DNA of 61,371 bases from an uncultured Bacillales bacterium (GTDB taxonomy: Bacteria; Bacillota_I; Bacilli_A; RF39; UBA660). The notes below the pieces were generated by a model. That model ran no database searches. It had not been told where the DNA came from and saw only the letters and a list, made by a program, of their open reading frames with translations. The position numbers and the translations under genes were made by a program. How positions within the stretch are numbered: the first letter of the stretch is position 1; each line of letters begins with the position of its first letter. The stretch spans positions 1 through 61,371 of the forward strand of contig CAMZHD010000001.1 of assembly GCA_947306705.1 (NCBI GenBank). Reading direction: 5' to 3'. This document shows positions 44,409 through 51,471 of this stretch, one piece after another.

Positions 44409-44438
44409 AAAAAAATAGTTCCAAAAGAACTATTTTTA
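44409..44438 (-). terminator. Rho-independent terminator ending the five-gene WXG-NlpC/P60 operon
   Basis: Stem AATAGTTC/GAACTATT with loop CAAAA. The minus strand continues TTTTTTGTATTTTG. Confidence 0.75.
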
Positions 44439-45242
44439 TTAGAAGCCATGGCCTCCACCACCACCGGAGAAGCCACCGCCTCCTCCTCCACCTCCACCGC
44501 CGGAGTATCCTCCAGAAGATCCTCCTGAATAGGATGATCCACCAGAAGAACCACTGTCAGTATGCGGATTATAGACTCTGTGATCTCCTGTTTTCTTTAC
44601 TTCGCTTGATAAAACTTCTAATTCTTTTTTACCACTATCGAGTAATTCTTTATTACTTGCTTTTTTCGTTCTAGCTGTTGCCATGACAAAGAAGAATGCA
44701 AAGAAGAATCCTAATACAAGAGAAATAATAATATTACTTGTATATCTCATTGGTTCTAGTATTTTTCCACCAGAAAGTAACTTATTGATTTCTCTAAATG
44801 CTTCCATTGCACATTCAAAGTAATCTCCTGATCTTGCATATCGATAAATATTATCGGTAATGATATAGGCTTTTTCATCCGTTATCGTTCGATAGTTGTC
44901 TCCTGCAGAACAAATATAGATGTACCTAGAATCCATATCAATGATCATTAAAGTACCACTATCATTTCTAAAATGATCATAGTAATAGTTTTCTGCATAT
45001 ACTTCTGTACTTCCACTTGGATTCTCTCCAATTGTTAGGAATGCAATATTTCCATATTCTGTTAGAGACATCATTTGATCTTCTAATTGATGACGTTCTG
45101 CTTCTGTTAGTAACTCTGCTTCATCTTCGATGATTAATTGATAATTTGTCTCTTCATTCATTCTCGTAATTGGTTCTGCATGAACGAAGATTGGCATTAA
45201 TAATAATAAAAGAAATAATGCTATTTTTTTACGCATTTTCAT
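44439..45242 (-). CDS. Secreted TPM-domain (TLP18.3/Psb32/MOLO-1-like) protein with a TM segment and a Gly-rich tail
   Basis: Signal peptide, then a TPM-like region (LIIEDEAELLTEAERHQLEDQM...GTLMIIDMDSRYIYI). A TM segment and a C-terminal ...GGSSGGYSGGGGGGGGGGFSGGGGGHGF tail follow. Confidence 0.6.
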   Translation of the reverse strand: MKMRKKIALFLLLLLMPIFVHAEPITRMNEETNYQLIIEDEAELLTEAERHQLEDQMMSLTEYGNIAFLTIGENPSGSTEVYAENYYYDHFRNDSGTLMIIDMDSRYIYICSAGDNYRTITDEKAYIITDNIYRYARSGDYFECAMEAFREINKLLSGGKILEPMRYTSNIIISLVLGFFFAFFFVMATARTKKASNKELLDSGKKELEVLSSEVKKTGDHRVYNPHTDSGSSGGSSYSGGSSGGYSGGGGGGGGGGFSGGGGGHGF

Positions 45243-46605
45243 CCCCTCCTCTTTTCTCTAATTGAGGTAATTTAGAAGATGATAATTCGTTATGTTCTAT
45301 TACTAAATCATGGAAAGCCCACAATACAAATAATAGAGATAGAATCGCAGCTCCATAATAGACAGTGTCTTCTATGGTTCCTGATACAGCTGCGAGAAAG
45401 CTAATAAGAAAACTAATGGTTTGTTTCCAATTATGCTTTATATAACGTTCTGTAAATTTCATTTTAACTTTTCTATCATCTGATGCTATTTGATATCCTT
45501 TATCATCTAAGTGTTCTCTATCTCTTTTAATAGCATCTAGTTGGGAATTTGATAGGAACAAACTCATGACAGAGAATAACATACCAATAAATGTTACTGT
45601 TTTAGGTTGTACTAAAGGTCCAGTACTAATTAGGAAATAAGCTGGAACTGCTAATAATAATGATAATAAAATATACTTTTTATAATCAATTGGCATATCC
45701 ATTGCAACTTTTCCTGTTTGTCCGTTAACAACAGCATAGTGAACAATATCTTTATCTTTGTTCACCATTGCTAAGAAATAAACTGGGAACATTCCTATTT
45801 TTCTATTTTCAATACTAACAGGTACTGTAGGGACTACACATCCATGAGATGCAAATTTTAAACTTCTCTTTTTACTTAATTCATTTCTTGCATCATTTCT
45901 CGCAATTTTCGTTATTTGTGTATCATAGGTATCTATGTCAATATCTTTTGAATCAGCATAGTAACCACTCATATAGTTTAGATTGAATTCCTCTACATCT
46001 TTATATTGAAAAGGAAGTGCCATACTATATTTATCATAAAACTTAGAAGCTAGGTCATAAGAAAATCCATCATAATTGGCTTTTATTTGAGCACTAACTT
46101 TGTAATCATGATAATAATCATATCCAAATAAATGTAGATATTTAACGCTTCCTCTACTAGATACATCTCCTTCATATCCCATATCATAGATACAATATGG
46201 CATATAGATTCCTCTAAATTTTTCTACGGTCGTATCTAGTTTAAAAGATCTTGGTACTAATAAAGAACGACCAATCTTCCTACGATATGCTTTAATAGCT
46301 TCTTCTTTGGTAATCTTAAAAGGAATAATATAATCTGGATTATTGACTTTCATTTTTTCATTTACAAGTGCATTTGATCCACAATAATTACAGAATGTAA
46401 TAGCAGTATCATCAAATACTAATAGAGTTGCGCCACATTGAGAACAGGTATAACTTGTGGCATCTAGTTTTTTTACTTCTTTTGAAAGATTAATAATCGT
46501 ACGTAATTCTTTTGGTTCAAATTTAGAATTACAATAGTCGCATGTTACTTTTTTCTCTTTAGGATTGTACTTTGTTTCTCCTCCACAATTGGGACATTTA
46601 ATCAT
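45229..46605 (-). CDS. Membrane protein with two N-terminal zinc-ribbon motifs
   Basis: CPNCGG...CDYCNS and CSQCGA...CNYCGS. Four C-terminal hydrophobic segments. Confidence 0.55.
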   Translation of the reverse strand: MIKCPNCGGETKYNPKEKKVTCDYCNSKFEPKELRTIINLSKEVKKLDATSYTCSQCGATLLVFDDTAITFCNYCGSNALVNEKMKVNNPDYIIPFKITKEEAIKAYRRKIGRSLLVPRSFKLDTTVEKFRGIYMPYCIYDMGYEGDVSSRGSVKYLHLFGYDYYHDYKVSAQIKANYDGFSYDLASKFYDKYSMALPFQYKDVEEFNLNYMSGYYADSKDIDIDTYDTQITKIARNDARNELSKKRSLKFASHGCVVPTVPVSIENRKIGMFPVYFLAMVNKDKDIVHYAVVNGQTGKVAMDMPIDYKKYILLSLLLAVPAYFLISTGPLVQPKTVTFIGMLFSVMSLFLSNSQLDAIKRDREHLDDKGYQIASDDRKVKMKFTERYIKHNWKQTISFLISFLAAVSGTIEDTVYYGAAILSLLFVLWAFHDLVIEHNELSSSKLPQLEKRGGDENA

Positions 46606-46613
46606 TTTATCAC

Positions 46614-47651
46614 CTACTTTTCTTCTAATTTCAATGAAATACTCTTTTTACTTCCATTTCTTTCAATTACAAAATGAATGGTATCTCCTATTTCATGTTT
46701 ATATAATTCATAACGGAAATGGGTTGTATTTTGAATGTCTTCCTCATCCACTTTTAAGATAATATCTCCTTTTTGAAGATGTGCATGATCTGCTTGAGAG
46801 TTTTCTTCTACTTTTGTAATGATGATTCCTTGTTTATATTCTTTCATGATATCAATATTATTATTTACTAACGAAGCGGTATCATCAATATTAGCCATTC
46901 CGATTCCTAGATGAGGTCTTACAATTTCTTTTCCTTCTTCTAGGCGTTCTACTAATCTCATAGCTTCTTCTATTGGGATTGCAAATCCCATTCCTTCTAT
47001 TTCTAGATCTGTAATTTTTAAGGAGCAGATTCCGATGACTTCTCCTTTAGCATTTACTACAGGTCCACCACTGTTTCCTTGATTAATAGGAGCATCTATT
47101 TGAATTTCTTTGATTCCAATTTCAAAATCCATATCTTCTTTTGAGAAAGAAACAAATCGATCTTTTCCAGAAATAATTCCCGCTGTTACAGTTCCTTGAA
47201 AAGAATGTCCGAGAGGAGAACCTACTACAAAGATTCTATCTCCTACTTTAGAAGTTTCACTCGTTGTGATATTCGCAACTTGCTTACAATTCTTTTTTGG
47301 TACCCTTATAACTGCGATATCGGAATAACTATCAGATCCAAGGAGAGTTCCGTTTTCTTCTGATTTATTATTAAAATATACTGTAATATCTTCTTTATCC
47401 TTAATGACATGTTCATTTGTTAGAATATATCCATATTTAGAATCTTTCTTATAGATAAAACCAGATCCTATTGTTCCATCTGAATTAATTTCTACTACTG
47501 CTTTTTCTATTTTTTCAATTGCAGGAGATAGGGAAGATTGATCCATAATAATGGTTTCTTGTTTTTGATTCATCCATAGAAACATTACAATGATTCCCAT
47601 TAGAAAAGAAGAAATGATTAGGTACATTTCTTTCTTTGAGTTTTTATTCAT
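46614..47651 (-). CDS. htrA: HtrA/DegP-family serine protease (trypsin-like domain plus PDZ), membrane-anchored
   Basis: LTNEHV (His), SDIAVI (Asp), GNSGGPVVN (Ser), C-terminal PDZ. Start set to the ATG at 47651, which overlaps the Abi_2 stop (ATGAATAA). Confidence 0.85.
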   Translation of the reverse strand: MNKNSKKEMYLIISSFLMGIIVMFLWMNQKQETIIMDQSSLSPAIEKIEKAVVEINSDGTIGSGFIYKKDSKYGYILTNEHVIKDKEDITVYFNNKSEENGTLLGSDSYSDIAVIRVPKKNCKQVANITTSETSKVGDRIFVVGSPLGHSFQGTVTAGIISGKDRFVSFSKEDMDFEIGIKEIQIDAPINQGNSGGPVVNAKGEVIGICSLKITDLEIEGMGFAIPIEEAMRLVERLEEGKEIVRPHLGIGMANIDDTASLVNNNIDIMKEYKQGIIITKVEENSQADHAHLQKGDIILKVDEEDIQNTTHFRYELYKHEIGDTIHFVIERNGSKKSISLKLEEK

Positions 47652-48597
47652 TGATATCTTTACTCCTTTCGATTTTCGCAAGGTCTTGCCAATTCAATGG
47701 GAATCCCATACGGTCCAATACAACTTCTATTGTAATCGTATGAAGATTATAATTCAAGGTTTCAATGATATTATCTAATTCAACTGTCATATTTTTAAAG
47801 TCTTCATTTTGAAGTAATTGTTTCATAATAATAATGAGCGCAAATAAATCATTTTTTCCATACTTATATACATCATCTTCTTTTGGTATTCTTAATAGTT
47901 GATGATATACCGTATTATTGATAGACTTTTGTGTTCTATTTTCATATAAGATATCTTCATGAGCACAAAGATTTCTGTAATTTGCGAGAATTGGTAAATA
48001 TACCATAAATACTTCTGGTTCTACTTCATATATCTTTGCGATTTCTTGTTGGTCTTCTGGTTTTAAGATTTGATACATTTCACTAACAATTCCAAAGGAT
48101 AATACTTTTACTAAGATCCATAATGGAATATATCCATAATTGGATACATAGTGTTGTGTTGCGGAATGCTGAGAACCATTAACACGAATTTGTCTCTTCA
48201 TCTTCTTTAATAAATCATTTAATTGTGCTTGTTTTTCCGGTGCTTTTGTAAAGTTCTTTTCTTTTAAATAATCTCTTTCACGATACCCATATTTTTTAGA
48301 TAATTGATAAGAGATAATTGATTTTAAGTTGTTTTCGATTACTAATAAATATTTAAATAATACATTTCTAAATGAACGATCAAATAAGAAAAGACTATAT
48401 AATTCTTCAAAAGTAGTTCCTGGTTTAAATGTCTTATCTTCTTTAGACTTTGTAAAAAGATGACGATATCCATTCAAAAAGAAGTAGTTTTCTCTTAATA
48501 GAACTCTCTTGGTATATCGTTCATCATTGACGATCATCCCTTTTCCTCTTAGGATCTCTACTTGTTCGTCTAAAGTTTTAAAGTTTTTTTCTATCAT
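47644..48597 (-). CDS. Abi_2 (AbiD/AbiF-like) abortive-infection family protein
   Basis: LDEQVEILRGKGMIV, LLRENYFFLNGYRHLF, LFLFDRSFRNVLFKYLLVIENNLK and ANYRNLCAHEDILY match the family pattern (RNxxAH). Confidence 0.8.
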   Translation of the reverse strand: MIEKNFKTLDEQVEILRGKGMIVNDERYTKRVLLRENYFFLNGYRHLFTKSKEDKTFKPGTTFEELYSLFLFDRSFRNVLFKYLLVIENNLKSIISYQLSKKYGYRERDYLKEKNFTKAPEKQAQLNDLLKKMKRQIRVNGSQHSATQHYVSNYGYIPLWILVKVLSFGIVSEMYQILKPEDQQEIAKIYEVEPEVFMVYLPILANYRNLCAHEDILYENRTQKSINNTVYHQLLRIPKEDDVYKYGKNDLFALIIIMKQLLQNEDFKNMTVELDNIIETLNYNLHTITIEVVLDRMGFPLNWQDLAKIERSKDINE

Positions 48598-48606
48598 AGT
48601 ATCACC

Positions 48607-49623
48607 CTATATTTGTTTTTCTTCTTGTTTATCCTCTTCATCTTTGGATACCCCTTGTTCTCCTACATAGTGTAGAAAACGATATCCTTTTCCATTTCCT
48701 CTTGCGCTGATGTATTGATCAATACTACATTCCCCTACACCGTTCGTAATATATTTAGAAGAGTGAATCATTTTTCCATCTCCTAAATATAATCCTACGT
48801 GATAACAGTTTTCTGCAGCGGAATGATATCCAGCCGTATCCCCTTTATTTACAAAGCATACAATATCTCCTGGTTGTGCTTCGCTGGCATCTACTTCTAT
48901 GAATCCTTTATTGTATGCATCAAAATTATCTTTTGTAACATTTCCCCAATAGTTCTTGCAGCTTCCATAGAAACCACCGTTTCCTTTTTCTTGGGCACTT
49001 GCTCCATTGAATAGTACATTGTTGTAGCAGTAACTAACAAACATGGCACATCCAAATCCTTGATTATCTCCATCTTTTGGCCCATAATGCATACTATTAT
49101 AGGGTTGTCCTATTTGAGATCTTGCATAATCAATTAATTGTTCTATCTGTTGTGGTGTTAATTCTCCTCCTGAAATAATTGGATCTAATGGAATTGAAAT
49201 TCCGGAAGCTCCTGAGACTCCATCAGTCGAAAGTATTCCTGAAATAGAGTTTAGTAATGATTCTATTTCACTCTTTAGACTTTGTAGTTTTTGATTACAA
49301 GCTTCTATTTCACTGGCTAGTCTACTTAATTCTTTTTGATTCTCACGACTATTGGCAATTGCTTGATAAGCAGCTTCTGCTGCTTCTTTTTGACTTTTTA
49401 CTTCTTTATATTCTGTGTATAGATCGCAGGCAGCTGAAAAAGCATTCATTTCTTTTTCAATCATAGAAATGAATTCAGATTGAAATACATCCACTTGATT
49501 CGATAAATTGGTATAGGAATCTCCTTTCCAATTTCCTGATAATCCGGTGATTTCGCTCGTGTACTGGTTCATATAAGTTTTAACAGAACTTAGATCGCTA
49601 TTAACGACTCCTCCAGATACCAT
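48607..49623 (-). CDS. WXG100-like N-terminal hairpin fused to C-terminal NlpC/P60-type hydrolase, copy 2
   Basis: ...GLSGNWKGDSYTNLSNQVDVF... (W-x-G), a coiled-coil linker, GFGCAMFVSYCY (Cys), and QPGDIVCF...CYHVGLYLGDGKMIHSS (His). No signal peptide. Confidence 0.7.
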   Translation of the reverse strand: MVSGGVVNSDLSSVKTYMNQYTSEITGLSGNWKGDSYTNLSNQVDVFQSEFISMIEKEMNAFSAACDLYTEYKEVKSQKEAAEAAYQAIANSRENQKELSRLASEIEACNQKLQSLKSEIESLLNSISGILSTDGVSGASGISIPLDPIISGGELTPQQIEQLIDYARSQIGQPYNSMHYGPKDGDNQGFGCAMFVSYCYNNVLFNGASAQEKGNGGFYGSCKNYWGNVTKDNFDAYNKGFIEVDASEAQPGDIVCFVNKGDTAGYHSAAENCYHVGLYLGDGKMIHSSKYITNGVGECSIDQYISARGNGKGYRFLHYVGEQGVSKDEEDKQEEKQI

Positions 49624-49649
49624 AATTCATCCTACTCTCTATCATTATC

Positions 49650-49678
49650 ATTTTATCAAAAAAGGGTTTTTCATACAA
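49650..49678 (-). promoter_or_regulatory. Putative sigma-A promoter of the five-gene operon
   Basis: The minus strand reads TTGTAT (49678->49673)-17 nt-TAAAAT with a TG extension (TGATAAAAT, 49658->49650). Confidence 0.55.
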
Positions 49679-49767
49679 TATTTCTAGGTGAATCTGGAAA
49701 ATAAAGGTGTAAAATAAATGATGTATGTTATAATAAAATATATATGACGGATTGGGGGAATTTGTCT

Positions 49768-50736
49768 ATGCCAGCTACTGTTACCCATGCATATTTTGCG
49801 AAAGATGTATGTGAAGTGTTACCGGATGAAATTCAATCTAAGGTTGATGTGAATCGTTGTAAGACATTTGGTCAAAGCCATGATTGTTTTATGTTTTATA
49901 ACCTTTTCTCACTATACCCTGGTAAAAAAATACGTGATTTTTCTGGATATTTTCAAAGTCATAATACACAAGAATTCTTTGTAAATATCTTAAAATATAT
50001 TCGAGATAATGAAATTGATGATATTGATACTTATTCATTTTTAGTAGGTTCTATTTGCCATTATGCATTAGATTCTACTTTACATCCTTATATTATCTAT
50101 CGTACTGGAATATTTGATAAAAAGAAGCCAAGTACCTATAAATATAATAATGTTCATGCTTTTATGGAAGCCTTTATTGATAATGATATGATTCGTAGAA
50201 GAGAATGCGTAAATCCTTATCGATTTGATCATGGAAAGTTTTGCTTTGATTTAAAACCTTTTTCTAATTCTTTAAATCAAACCATTCGTTTTACTTTTTA
50301 TAATACTTATCATTTAAATAATATGGATAAAGTATACTATAAATCTTTAAAACAAATGAAAAGCGCGATTATGACTTTTAGAAGAGATCCTATTGGTTTC
50401 AAAAGAGGAGTCTATCAATTCTTTGATACCATTACTCCTCGTCGTACTTATCGATTTGAAGCGATTAGTTATCATTATCCATTAGAAGATAAACATAATT
50501 ATTTGAATAGTAATCATTCTTTATGGAGACATCCTGTTTCTTATGATGTAACGAGTAGAGAATCTTTTGTAGATTTATACTTAAGAGCGATTAAGCTTGC
50601 GAAAATACTTGTTTGTGCTAGTTTCGATTATATTCATAAAAAAGATATTGATCTTGAGAAAATATTCCCAAATATTAGTTATGTTACAGGATTAAACTGT
50701 GAAGATAATCGAGAAATAAAATATTTTGATTTTTAA
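49768..50736 (+). CDS. Zinc-dependent phospholipase C-like family protein (cytoplasmic)
   Basis: N-terminal PATVTHAYFAKD and internal ICHYALDSTLHPYI His-rich motifs are typical of the family. Start set to the ATG at 49768, after GGGGGAA. No signal peptide. Confidence 0.55.
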   Translation: MPATVTHAYFAKDVCEVLPDEIQSKVDVNRCKTFGQSHDCFMFYNLFSLYPGKKIRDFSGYFQSHNTQEFFVNILKYIRDNEIDDIDTYSFLVGSICHYALDSTLHPYIIYRTGIFDKKKPSTYKYNNVHAFMEAFIDNDMIRRRECVNPYRFDHGKFCFDLKPFSNSLNQTIRFTFYNTYHLNNMDKVYYKSLKQMKSAIMTFRRDPIGFKRGVYQFFDTITPRRTYRFEAISYHYPLEDKHNYLNSNHSLWRHPVSYDVTSRESFVDLYLRAIKLAKILVCASFDYIHKKDIDLEKIFPNISYVTGLNCEDNREIKYFDF

Positions 50737-50737
50737 A

Positions 50738-50768
50738 TAAAAAAGGACTTTATTAAAGTCCTTTATTT
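50738..50768. terminator. Bidirectional terminator ending the T7SS-like operon
   Basis: Stem AAAGGACTT/AAGTCCTTT with a 5-nt loop containing the stop of the 75-aa gene, flanked by A and T runs. Confidence 0.7.
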
Positions 50769-50980
50769 AATTGATCTTTTAAATCAGCTAATGCATCATC
50801 TGCATCTCGATTAATCTCAATTGTATTTTCTAAAAATTTTGTATATCCTTCTACGGTTGCAGCAAAATCTGTAAGTTCTTGGATATTTCTATTTTTTACT
50901 AATGAATCAATGATTTCTGCTTGTGCTTTTAGTTCTTGCGCTATATCGAAAACTTCATCATAAGATAACTTATCAATCAT
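50753..50980 (-). CDS. Small all-helical protein (75 aa), T7SS-operon member
   Basis: Predicted helix-turn-helix hairpin. No Trp and no WXG. Its start overlaps the upstream stop (ATGATTGA). Confidence 0.5.
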   Translation of the reverse strand: MIDKLSYDEVFDIAQELKAQAEIIDSLVKNRNIQELTDFAATVEGYTKFLENTIEINRDADDALADLKDQLNKGL

Positions 50981-51188
50981 CGCCTAACGCCTCCAAACTT
51001 TCAGAATTTGCATTGACTTCTACAGGAGATTCTTTAAACACTTCTGCTTTTAGTGCGACAATTTGTTTATACTCTTCAATTGTTTCGATGTAGTTTAAAT
51101 TATCTAAACTATTCCAGCCAGCTTTCATCTTAGCGACATAATCAAATATCTTATTGATTGCGGTTACATATTGATTATACTCTGACAT
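50973..51188 (-). CDS. Small all-helical protein (71 aa), T7SS-operon member
   Basis: Helical with an acidic C-terminus. It has KAGWNS rather than a canonical central W-x-G. Confidence 0.5.
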   Translation of the reverse strand: MSEYNQYVTAINKIFDYVAKMKAGWNSLDNLNYIETIEEYKQIVALKAEVFKESPVEVNANSESLEALGDD

Positions 51189-51199
51189 AGTATTCCTCC

Positions 51200-51460
51200 T
51201 TATAGTAGTATGATTCTTGATCCATTCTTTAAATCAGTATCTCTTACATTTTGATTAACATCATAGATAGAACCATCATCTTTATTATAAAAGTTTGTAT
51301 CACTTTTAATTAGATAAGCTCCATCTGATAATTCTACTAATGCTTTTTCTAGTAGGGATTTAATTGTTCCTACTTTTTTATTGATAGGAATAAATAAATC
51401 ATATTTCTTTTCAATAATTGGGATTTCTAATTCAATTAATATTTTATTCTTATTGTTCAT
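51200..51460 (-). CDS. esaB: YukD/EsaB-family ubiquitin-like T7SS protein
   Basis: 86 aa. ILIELEIPIIEKKYDLFIPINKKVGTIKSLL...LKNGSRIILL matches the beta-grasp YukD pattern. Located immediately after essC. Confidence 0.75.
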   Translation of the reverse strand: MNNKNKILIELEIPIIEKKYDLFIPINKKVGTIKSLLEKALVELSDGAYLIKSDTNFYNKDDGSIYDVNQNVRDTDLKNGSRIILL

Positions 51461-51471
51461 TTCTATCCCTC

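Noticed and set aside
44365-44438. An M-box (magnesium) riboswitch upstream of corA.
   Set aside because: Only 74 nt are available, and about 30 of them are the terminator hairpin of the upstream operon. This is far shorter than an M-box aptamer, and none of its conserved helices are visible.
45229-46605. The zinc-ribbon membrane protein, considered as a divergent EssB/YukC-like T7SS component.
   Set aside because: EssB has an N-terminal pseudokinase fold and a single central TM segment. This protein has two Cys4 ribbons and four C-terminal TM segments, with no kinase-like motifs. Operon membership alone does not justify the call.
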